This document shows, one piece after another, positions 26,200-36,119 of a stretch of DNA of 64,000 bases. Both the position numbers and the translations under genes were made by a program. Position 1 is the first letter of the stretch. Every line of letters starts with the position of its first letter. Below the pieces are notes generated by a model. The model made no database searches, was not told the origin of the DNA, and worked only from the letters and a program-made list of their open reading frames with translations. The stretch lies in contig CM060732.1 of assembly GCA_030704615.1 (NCBI GenBank), positions 38,750,001-38,814,000 on the forward strand, given 5' to 3'. The DNA comes from Takakia lepidozioides. Lineage: Eukaryota; Plantae; Bryophyta.

Positions 26200-27297
26200 C
26201 TTCTTGTGGCAATCTCTCAATGGGTCCCATCAACAACTTGCACCCAAACCGATCCGTAATCTTATGACCACTATCACCCGCGAGGCGAACAAACAAGTTG
26301 TAGCATTTATAAGCCACACCAAAGTACACATTCAGAAATGGACCCAGTCCACATTCCTCCATCATAACCTATCAAACCACTTCTGGCACACCAAAGCTAC
26401 TACCGATGCGCAAGTCCGACAAACACTCAAATTTAGGTACGCCCAATACATGGGCCATCAGCGTAAACACATCTTCTGGCCACATCTTTTCTCATCCCCA
26501 TACTGCCCACTATGCTTAAATACCCACCACGAACGCGGCACCTGGCGATCACACCTCTTTAGCCAAATTACCCATCCAATCATTCATGGCCTCCATATCA
26601 CTCGTCACAACCACGCAGTCTGGTACATCTATAAACTCCTCCTGAGCCGTGCTAAAACCACCACTCATTAACATCGGCACCTACCAAGGCCGGCCACCAG
26701 ACCACACTGTACCATCATGGCTGCTCCCATGTATATGTATCTACCCACCATGCACCTGCCCCGCCAGACTCTGCCTTGATAACTTACTTTTCCAAGGCCT
26801 AACCATTAACACCCTGCCCCCAGTACACCATCTCCACACCTCACCATCCACTTCATTAAATTTACATATTGTCATGATCGCTACCCCAATGATTCAATCT
26901 TGGACGAACGACAAAAATACGCCCCACTCATCCTTGTACTTCGCCGTACGGGCTGGTCCACAGGCCCACTAACCGTCATCACTGCCGGAACTAGAGGCGG
27001 TATCCATAACGCTAACGTTTAACATAACAACTTCAAATTCCCATCCCTTATATTCACAAATGTTTCAAAGTAATCCACTTCACGGCCCTCCGATCCCTCA
27101 CAGCTATTATTACCAACAAACGGCGGCAACTGGAATCCAACTCTACGCTGGTACCCTAGGTACCCTAGGGTCTCCCGGGGTACCATTGGTACCTCTCTAT
27201 CTCAGCTACCTGGTGTCCCACATGACACCTGTCTGTACTTATAGGGCCCACCCCCGAAAGGGGGTAGTAGCCTAAAAATGAAGTGGCTCTTACTTAC
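26200..27297 (+). mobile_element. 3' remnant of a non-LTR retrotransposon with a restriction-like endonuclease (Dualen/RandI-like)
   Basis: Frameshifted CPLC..H..RHN zinc-knuckle region, then ..FTYCHDR..RQKYAPL..GW....ITAGTRGGIH. The 3' end has an ACCCCC-GAAA-GGGGGT hairpin (27250-27265) and a CTTACTTAC tail. Confidence 0.7.
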
Positions 27298-27367
27298 GCC
27301 GGCTTTGGCCGGAGTTTTCTCTCTATTAACAACTCCCAATTCAGGCCCCGTAGACAAAGCTAGAATT

Positions 27368-27510
27368 GCGCCCGAGGGCGCCCAAGATCTTTTTCCACAT
27401 CAAGGGCCCAGCCTTCATCGGCGACCGGATATTTCCTAGCTCATCAAGACCGAACGTTCGGAGGAGCAGCTCAGGAGAAGCGAACGCCTTAGCGCTCTCA
27501 GAACAATTAT
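27368..27510 (+). repeat. ~140-bp direct repeat, second copy at ~29243-29382
   Basis: GAGGGCGCCCAAGATCTT..TCCACATCAAGGGCCCAGCCTTCATCGGCGAC...AACGTTCGGAGGAGCAGCTCAGG is present in both places. Confidence 0.9.
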
Positions 27511-27577
27511 ATTGGCAGAATAAATCTGCACCCTTGCATCTCATCCGTTCTTAGAACCTGATCAGCCTCAGTAACAC

Positions 27578-27791
27578 GTGTATATTTATTATATGCGTCA
27601 CAATACTAATGGGAGATGGTTAGCAAAGTAGATTGCTCCCTTATCTGCTCACTTGAGCTGATCCATGTATAGTCTCTGTGTTTTTTATTTAGTAAACTCA
27701 CTGCTTAGAGCAACATGGTATCAGAGCCAAGGTTGTGGCAGTGGTCAGAATGAGTGGGCATTAGCAATAAAGGCTATGTCTTGAGAGGGAG
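27578..27791 (+). mobile_element. LTR 3' part + tRNAiMet PBS + 76-bp internal region ending in a PPT (TRIM-like)
   Basis: ...GCAACA (27715), TGGTATCAGAGC (27716-27727), then GAGAGGGAG (27783-27791) immediately before TGTTAG. Confidence 0.7.
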
Positions 27792-27842
27792 TGTTAGAGG
27801 TGTCAAGGCTATAGCCTTGCACGACACTTTGAGAACAGAAGA

Positions 27843-27924
27843 GGATAGGTAGCTCAGTGGTAGAGCACCCCACCGGAATGGGGGAGGTCCTAGGTTCAAT
27901 CACGGTTCAATCCCTACCCGACCA
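27843..27924 (+). pseudogene. tRNA-like (pseudo-tRNA/SINE-head) sequence inside the Copia LTR
   Basis: A box TAGCTCAGTGG, D stem GCTC/GAGC, CCCC/GGGG anticodon stem and a duplicated B box GGTTCAATC. The acceptor stem is mismatched and the anticodon is ambiguous. Confidence 0.8.
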
Positions 27925-27953
27925 CATGCTAGTGGTTTTCCAGCATGGTATTA

Positions 27954-28123
27954 GAGCTTTGGTGAAGAGAGTCCGGGTGAGCTTTGCTCCCTGTTTAGAG
28001 CTAGAAGTCGAGCTTCGGTGAAGAGAGTCCGGGTGAGCTCTGCTCGATGTTTAAAGCTAGAAGTCGAGCTTTGGTGAAGAGAGTCCGAGTGAGCTTTGCT
28101 CCCTATTTAGAACTAAAAGTCGA
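27954..28123 (+). repeat. Three tandem copies of a 56-bp unit in the Copia leader
   Basis: GAGCTTTGGTGAAGAGAGTCCGGGTGAGCTTTGCTCCCTGTTTAGAGCTAGAAGTC starts at 27954, 28010 and 28066. Confidence 0.95.
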
Positions 28124-29664
28124 GAACTGATACATACCGACTTGGAAGTAGTCGGATAGAGTTGGTACGTAATGGTCGAATCAAGAGAGAGAAGTCGTCA
28201 AATTGTGAAGGAGGGGAGGCAAACAAGCTGCTCGGACCCCAAAACTACAAGGTATGGAGGTTGAAAATGATAGCGATCTTGAAGAGAGAGCACTTGTGGC
28301 CGTTAGTTGAGTCGAAGAGAACTCCCAGTGCTTTTCCTGCAACTATAGGAGGTCGTATTTACACAGAAGCTAAACTCAGTGAGGCAAAACTGAGAGCACA
28401 TACAAGAACAACCATGTCAGTTGGTGATAGTATGATCGGTGTAGTAGCTCAGCATGACGATCCAATAGACTCGTGGGATATGCTTAAGAGAATGTTTTAG
28501 GTTGGAGATCAGCAACAAATCATGCTCCTTACGAACAAGATGAATGGGATGTCGATGAAGGAGAGAGATGACATTAACACATACTTAATATATGCGCTGA
28601 TTATGAGGAATCAGTTGGTTGCATTAGGGGAGACCGTTCTAGACAAAACTCTGAATAACATCGTATAGTTCTCAACGGACTTCCTCGCAGCTACGAAATG
28701 GTGATACAAGGAATCACCTACATACAAATCCAACATTTGAGGACGTGACTGAAACGCATCGGATGTTTGTTCGTGATCAGAAACTGGGACATGAAGAAGC
28801 TCGTTCAATATAGACTCAACGAACTTTTGTTTCAGAACGAGGAGGATACGTCCAGTACAAAGGAGGAGGTCGTAGAGGTCGCAGATTTGGACGAAGTTAC
28901 ACTCAACCTTACAGTACCAGGAGCCTTGACACGCGCAAACGTACAGCTTGCCGAGCAATTCAGAGAAAATTTCCCTCCAAGCAAATTCCTAGGGGAGAAC
29001 AGTTTAGAGGAAGTAGAATCGTTCATTGCTACACTTGTGTTAAGCCCGGCCACGTTGCTCGGGATTTTTCAGAGAGAAAGTACTTTACCTCTTCGATTCA
29101 GTACATTGAGGGAGAAACCTATATAGGTTTAGTGGATATGTTGGCAGAAGCTAATTTCATTGACTTTCAAAATCAGCATTGGTATATGGACTCCGGAGCT
29201 AGCAACCACTTCACAGGAGAGAAGACCAGCTCCCTCTGCAATCGCGCTCGAGGGCGCCCAAGATCTTACTCCACATCAAGGGCCCAGCCTTCATCGGCGA
29301 CTGGACATTTCCTAGCTCATCATGACCAAACGTTCGGAGGAGCAGCTCAGGGGAAGCGAATGACTTGGCTCTTAGAACAATTCTCCCTCTAACTCGACCT
29401 CCAGCTGATTCTCACAGCCTCCAACCTACATTGCAATTTCACATCTTACAGAGTTTCCAAGCTCCCTAGACCGTATGGAAGACCTGGCCACCATTGAGGA
29501 AGCTCTGAACAGGGATTTAATGATATCGCAGATCTCGATCTTGTAAAGGATTCACCCGGGTTGGCCCATTTCATTTATCCTTACACTTACCTTTCAGACG
29601 GGTAAATAATTTCCATATATCCTTTACCCGCAGGTAAATACAATATTTTGGAGGGTAAATAACT

Positions 29665-30559
29665 TCTAGTGCGTTCCTCCATGCTGATAGCACGTGTCTA
29701 TAACTCGGCGGCAAACTACATATAATCTTGCTAATAATTGCATTCTCAAAAAATTGCTTTCCAAGATCATTTAATTGTCTAGCTATGTGCTCAATCTTGG
29801 AGACATGCACAGCTATACTATCTCCCCGTTGGAACTTGTACTCGTAAAATTGGTGTTGAAGCATGTACACATTCTCGGAAGAATGCTGCTCATGAGTTGA
29901 CACCAATTTGGTCCACATCTCGTGCGCAGTTGTACACTGAACCATCGTCTAAAGATGATTCATGTCAACCGTTGTGCTAATAATCATCCATGCTTGATTG
30001 TTCTTCTTCCGCCAAGCAACCTTATCAGAGGCGCTTTCTTCTTTCTCAATCCCTTTCACTTTCCTCCAGCTCCTTTGTTGCAAAGATAATCTCCATTTGG
30101 AACTTCCAGACAACGAAGTTGTCACCATTAAACTTCACAATACTGGCTGAGTCCTTGGTATCCATTGCTCTTCTAGCCAGCTAGAGAAAAAAAATTCTCT
30201 ATCTCTATGAACTCTCTTACTCAAGTAATTCTTCCACTAGCGTGTGTGGGCGCCCATAACCTGTTGGAAAAGCATAAAGAGAAGTACAAATGACAGAGAA
30301 AGATTGTCCCTTTTCATTGATAACAGTATAGTAGAAGAATAGTTGCTACATTGCTACTGCATCGCGTCTAGAAGCTCTCTAGCACTACACGGCTAGTCCG
30401 AGAAGAAAATGATCAACTACCCGTCGGAGTCAAGAACCAAGAACTCATTCTAAACCCTGCAGAAAAGATGAGCGGGAACCCAAGGTGTCACGTGGTTGCA
30501 TGTCTAGTAGTTTCAGTGAACGAACTGATTAATCATTACAGTATTCAAATGATCCAACA
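29665..30559 (-). mobile_element. Second, oppositely oriented Ty1/Copia 5' fragment: LTR 30262-30559, half-tRNA-type PBS, disrupted gag
   Basis: LTR ends are TGTTGGA...TCCAACA. The PBS on the minus strand is GGTTATGGGC. Gag reads KFNGDNFVVWKFQM, TAHEMWTKL and IISKIICSLPPSY. Confidence 0.85.
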
Positions 30560-30599
30560 ACCCACCCACATGCAAAAGCCACTTGAACATTGAACATCT

Positions 30600-31057
30600 C
30601 TGCTCATACAAGCAATCATCATACATGGACTACCATGTGCGGCACTACTGCTTGGATGAGTGCCAACGTGCCCAACACATTGACATTGAAGGCCCGACGA
30701 ACGTCCAAAAGTGCAACTTCGGCCAGGGAGCCACTGCAATGAACTCCAACATTGTTGAGAAGAATGTCGATCCGCCCTGCTTTGGCAATGATTTTCGCGA
30801 TCCCCTCCTTTACGGACTCCTCATAAGACACATCCATGTAGATGGTATCAATCCCCCGAGTTTCGAGCTCCAACATTTCTACTATGGGCTGAAGGAAAAA
30901 ACCGGCAGCCAGACGATGCAAAGGAGCGGCTCATGGGCTTTACATCTGAAGAAAAAACCCGGCAGCCAAACGATGCAAAGAAGCAGCTCATTTCGTAGCC
31001 AATGCCTCCATAAGAACACCTCGTGACCACACCTACTGGTCTCGAATCCTCCACCAC
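30600..31057 (-). pseudogene. Short-chain dehydrogenase/reductase (AYR1/1-acyl-DHAP reductase-like) pseudogene, truncated by the Copia LTR
   Basis: VVTRCSYGGIG (degenerate TGxxxGIG), then MDV...GRIDILLNNVG..FNVNVLG in another frame. A ~57-bp internal duplication spans 30890-30991. Confidence 0.8.
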
Positions 31058-31282
31058 AGTTTCCCCTCATAGATCTTTGTCTCTCTTTGAATGTGGATGG
31101 ATGGTTAGAGCGGTGAGGAGCCAAACAATAAAATCGTCGATTCACACGTCAAAATTCCCGATTCCCGATTAACCTACCAATATAAACTAGTACATTATTC
31201 ACCTCCACTTGACATATTATTATTTTAAAAGTATTAAAATTCTAAGATGATTTTGAAAAATAACTATGTATGGGTTGGGGAA

Positions 31283-34200
31283 TGTCGCGCACCTCACTTG
31301 GGTAAGCTCCCCCTCAAGTCATAGTTACTCGCTTTGATGCGCGCGCCTGACTCCCAACCTGGCCGCCGGGCCAACTTGGAGCTTCGGTTGCTCACCGGGG
31401 CATAACGGTCCCCCTTTGTTCTCCCAAAGAACCCTCCACCGATTTGGAACCAACGGGAATTCCCTTTGGTAGTTGGCAGTCCGGAACAGCTCCCCACTCT
31501 TTGGTCGCTTTCCGGCTCGCTCGCTTACTCACTAGTTTTTGGTCACCAACGGGCTTGCACCGTTCTCGAGGTTACTACTCCCTATATATACTTCTGTAGC
31601 TGTCCACGGGGGTTTCACAACCAGCCATGCCATTTTATGGCGAACCACCACGAAAACCCTCGACTCCCGGTGATGAGTCGCGGTGAGTCTTGGCCCACTC
31701 ACCACGGCCCCTATGGACCGTGATGAGTCCCAAGACTCCCCACGACTCCCACCACGAGGTCTCCGCCCCCATGGTGAGTCCTATGCCATCCCCACTAAGT
31801 CCCGCTAAGCTACCACCACCCCTTGTGGAGCCACCCCCACCGCAACCCGGTGTGCGGGGCTCCACCTAGTGAGCGCCTCTGCTTCCCTGAGTGCCTTGGG
31901 CACTCAAGGGTGCTTCAGCCCCCATACCATCGCTGCCGCTGCCCCCACCACAGGGGCAGCCCCTCATGTGTCCCGACCCCCTGCCCTCAAGGCAAAGGGC
32001 CGTGACACACACCCCTACCAACAGGGAGTCGATGTCCTCATCGACTTGTCCATTTTGTAGAAACGAACATCCAAGTTGTGGCGTCCCACATCAAGGAGTT
32101 TGTTTCTGTACCATGGCATCTCATGGCAAAGAACCAAACCCCACACTTGACTCTACTCTCCACTAGCTAGTTCGGCCGACTTCCTCCAAGTCCCGGCAAG
32201 GGTGGAGCCTCTCAAGCTCCTCCCAGTGCACTCTTCTTGGCCTACTTCAAGGCCAAGGAACGATCCTCCCCGAGGATCGAATCGCCTTACTGCAACAACA
32301 TTGCTTGCGACCGCTCATGATGTCGCTTTGGGCATCGCCTTGAGCAAGGGTTCACCTCGAACCCTCTTTGACTAGAAAGATAACCTTGAACCAATCGCGC
32401 GCCCCAATCACTACAATTGGGTCCGCCTTGGAATGTTGCCCTGAGGTACGGGAACACGCCGAAGCCGCACTACGACTTCGTCCCGAGGCTACACAATTAT
32501 AGTACGTGAACGGAAGCACGTAGCTTCCGCGTTAGCCCGCACTACAAGGCAACCCCCTCGGTAGCGCAGTTATAGTACGCGCACGCGCCAGGTGCGCACT
32601 AGCACGTGAACTCCCAAAGAAGGCGCAAGTTTCCTTGCCCCTTAGATGGGAGTCACCCGATTTCGGCACTATGCAAACACACGATTAACCCAATTTACCT
32701 CTCCCACTTTTGTAAGCTAGCATGCATTCTACACACTAGCCAACCATACCATGCATCACCATTCCAAACAAAATAGGAAGCACAACATTTGAAAACCATT
32801 TCATTTAAAGCAAATTTTGTACAATACAAGTTTTTGCAATCGGATTCCTGAGCTAGCTAAGCCGGGCTAAGCATGCATATCCTCCCCTACGCTCCAAGGT
32901 TGATGTCCCCATCAACGCTTCTTCCACTTTTGAGGTCGCCATTCGAAAACTGCAACCGCCTCGGATGCGTTTCCCATTTTTGAGGCACGTACCCAAGATG
33001 CCTCCACATGATGATAGCCCTTCTATTTGACGAGATACTCCGTTTCTCGGTTCTTGAACCTCCTCGACTTAAGTACTGCCTCCACCTCGTACTCAGGTTC
33101 ATTTTCATGATCCAACAGCACAGGTGGCGGACGCAACACTTGATGCCGATTCGGACGCGCTTCATCTTTGAAGTAAGGCTTCAAAAGGGAGACGTGAAAT
33201 ACTAGATGCACCTTGCTGTTTGCCGGCAGCTCCAATTCATACACATCCTCATTCATAACCTTCCGGATGCGAAAGGGTCCCGCATACGGAGGTACGAACT
33301 TTGGACTCACTTCCGGAGGTAGTCGGAAATTCTTGATGTTCAACCGGACCTCCGTGCCTACCTCAAACTTCACTTCCCTCCGCTTCCGATTCGCCTGCCT
33401 TTCATACCGTTTCCTAGCTTTGGCAATGTTGTACTTTGCGAGCTTCAACAAACGCTCGCGTTCTTCTAGTACCGCCGCTACTGCCGGTTCCTCAACGTCC
33501 TGGGCGGCCCAACTTGTCGGCACCAGAGGTGCTTTTCCATAGACCAATACAAAAGGGGAAACTCCCGTTGCGGAGTGTTCTGTGTTATTATAACAGAACT
33601 CTGCCGCGTCTAAGTGTTCCACCCAGTCTGTTTGGTCTGCCGACACGTAATTCCGCAAGATCTGCTTCACTACGGAATTCACTCTTTCTGTTTGGCCGTC
33701 GGTCGTAGGTCGGAAGGCGGTGCTCATCTTCAGCCTCGTCCCCATCTTCTTCCAAAGTGCCCTCCAAAATTTACTCGTAAACTTTGGATCGCGGTCCGAG
33801 ACAATATCCTTTGGGACTCCATGATGCTTTAAGACGTGGGCGAAGTAAAGTCGTCCTGTTTCCTGCAATTCGAATTGTCGCTGGTGAATAATACAGACAC
33901 AGAAGTGAATGTCGTCAACAACATTCACTTTGGATTTCTCATAACAGAGCTTATCAAGCCTCCAGATTCCTCGCAAGAGGCAAAAACAATGCAGAACAAC
34001 TGAATGTCTGCATTGACATTCAGCAAAATGAAGTGAGGAACCCTCATTGTAACCTCTATGGACATTACAAAAATTTACATAACTCTGAGGACCTCTCAAA
34101 AACTCCGGATGTGAATGTCGTCAACGCCATTCAAGGACATTATCAATTCTCTCCTTGGGTGGGATGAAATGACCCATTTTACTAAACCTATCCACCACCA

Positions 34201-35735
34201 CCATAATTGCATCGAATCCTTTTGACAGCGGCATAGCAGTCATGAAATCCATCGAGACGTTTTCCCAAGTCCCCTCTGGAATCGGCAAGGGTTGTAACAG
34301 CCCCGCTTGCTTTTTGTACTCGCTCCGGTTTTGTTGGCATGTGGTGCATGTCTTGACATACTCCTTTGCCTCCTCCCTCAGTTTGGGCCAGAAATACTCT
34401 TTCTTCAAGAGTGCCGCAGTGCGCTTGGCTCCGCCGTGGCCCGCAAGCAAGCTATCATGGCATTCTCTCAAGAGGCTATCTCTGATCCCTCCCTTCGACA
34501 CGTAGAGACGCTTTTGCTTATACCGGAGCAGTCCATTTTGCAAGTGGAACTGCGATTTAACCCCCATCCTCAAGTCCTGCATCACGGACTTCGCCAGCTC
34601 ATCCTTCCGGCAGGCCTTTCGGATCTTCCTTTGGAGCGTCGTCTCGCCCTTGTACACCAACAAGAGCTGCTGCTTTCTACTTAAAGCATCGGCTACCACG
34701 TTGTCTCGTCCTGGTTTGTACTGGATATCCACGTCGAACACCGCCAAAGTATCTTGCCACCTAAGTTGTTTTGGGGACAACTTGGGCTGCGTGGCAAAAT
34801 ACTTCACCGTGACATTGTCCGTGAACACCTTCACTGGGTTGGAACCAACATAGTGGCGCCAAAGCTCAAGACAGTGCACCACCGCCTTCATCTCTTTCTC
34901 GTGCGTCGGCCACCGTCGCTCCACTTCATTCAGTTTCTTACTTTCGTAAGCCACTGGACGTCCATCTTGCATCAGTACACCCCCAATCGCGAAGTCCGAC
35001 GCATCTGTATGTATCTCGAACGGACGATCGAACTCTGGGATTTTCAAGACTGGAGCTTCCGCTATCCGCTGCTTCAATTCAGCAAAAGCTTGGCCACAAA
35101 AGGTGTTCCATGCCCAGACTTTGGATTTACACAGAAGGTCTGACAGCGGCCCCGCGATCTTGGTGAAATTTCTCACATACTTCCGGTAATAGGAGGCGAG
35201 TCATAGGAAGGATCGCACTCCCGGGACCGAAGTCGGAGGCTCCCAGTCCAAGATTGCCCTCACCTTCCTGTCATCCATTCTGATCCCATCCTGTGTAATC
35301 ACATGCCCCAGGAACTCCACTTTTGTGACCCCGAATTCGCACTTTGAAGCTTTGGCATACAACTTCCCTTCTCGCAATTTTTGGAACACCCTTTTCAGGT
35401 GCTCCAGGTGCTCCTCCTTTGTTTTCGAGTACACCAAGATGTCGTCGATGTACACAATCACAAAGTCATCCAACCACTCCTGAAAAAGGCTGTTCATTAG
35501 CGTGCTAAATATCGCTGGTGCATTGGTGAGCCCAAAAGGCATCACCAAGAACTCATATGAACCATACCTTGTCATGCACGCGGTCTTCTCCTCATCTCCT
35601 TCCGCCACCCGAATTTGATGATAGCCGGAGCGCAAGTCGATCCGGCTGAAATACTTCGCTCCTGCCAACCGATCGAAGAGGTCGTCGATCCTTGGCAAAG
35701 GGTACCGATTTTTTATAGTCACCTTATTCACAGCG
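31283..35735 (-). mobile_element. Ty3/Gypsy chromovirus (RT-RNaseH-integrase-chromodomain + ~1.6-kb 3' LTR), 5'-truncated within RT
   Basis: [31 protein letters not shown] zinc finger, SDRDPKF, DGQTER, GPF motif and chromodomain YEVEAVL..YLVK*KGY. The PPT is at ~32880-32888, and the LTR ends ..GCGACA at 31283. Confidence 0.95.
33868..34149. mobile_element. ~280-bp insertion splitting the Gypsy integrase (possible solo LTR)
   Basis: The integrase breaks between GHFIPPKE and QETGRLYF. The insert is lower in GC, has TG..CA-like ends and carries GTGAATGTCGTCAAC twice. No clean TSD is visible. Confidence 0.65.
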
Positions 35736-36119
35736 TAGCTACGGCGTGAGCCCAGCCCCGTGAGCCTGGGAGCTGAGCTCACGCTTCAGGGAAGCGTGAG
35801 CAGCATGAATCTGCTGGAGAAGCAGGTCCTATAGGCGAGGATTGCAGGAAGAGGGCCTATTACCGTGGACAAAACAAAGGAGGCCACCATGCACCATGTC
35901 TGCAATGCGTGCCAAAAAAGAGGAATATGTAAATATGGCAGATTTGAGCTCAGAATGATTGACACAGTTTATTTCAATTCACAGAGAGACGCTTACAATG
36001 AATCGCAAGTGCATTTGCCCTGGTTCCGTGAACGAAATGTATATGTTTGTCATAAAATGAAAAGTCTTCACACGGCAACCTGGAAACCAGCATGGGAAGC
36101 GGGCATGGCTCGTATGTGT

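Larger units (their letters stand above)
27792..29225 (+). mobile_element. 5' part of a Ty1/Copia element: LTR 27792-27945, PBS, leader repeats, disrupted gag and protease
   Basis: TG..CA LTR and PBS TGGTATTAGAGC (27946-27957). Gag KLLGPQNYKVWRLKM..L...LW, zinc knuckle CYTCVKPGHVARD (~29026-29065) and protease WYMDSGASNH. Confidence 0.85.

Noticed and set aside
27843-27924. Functional tRNA gene
   Set aside because: The acceptor stem is mismatched, the T-loop is duplicated, the anticodon loop is irregular, and the sequence sits inside an LTR.
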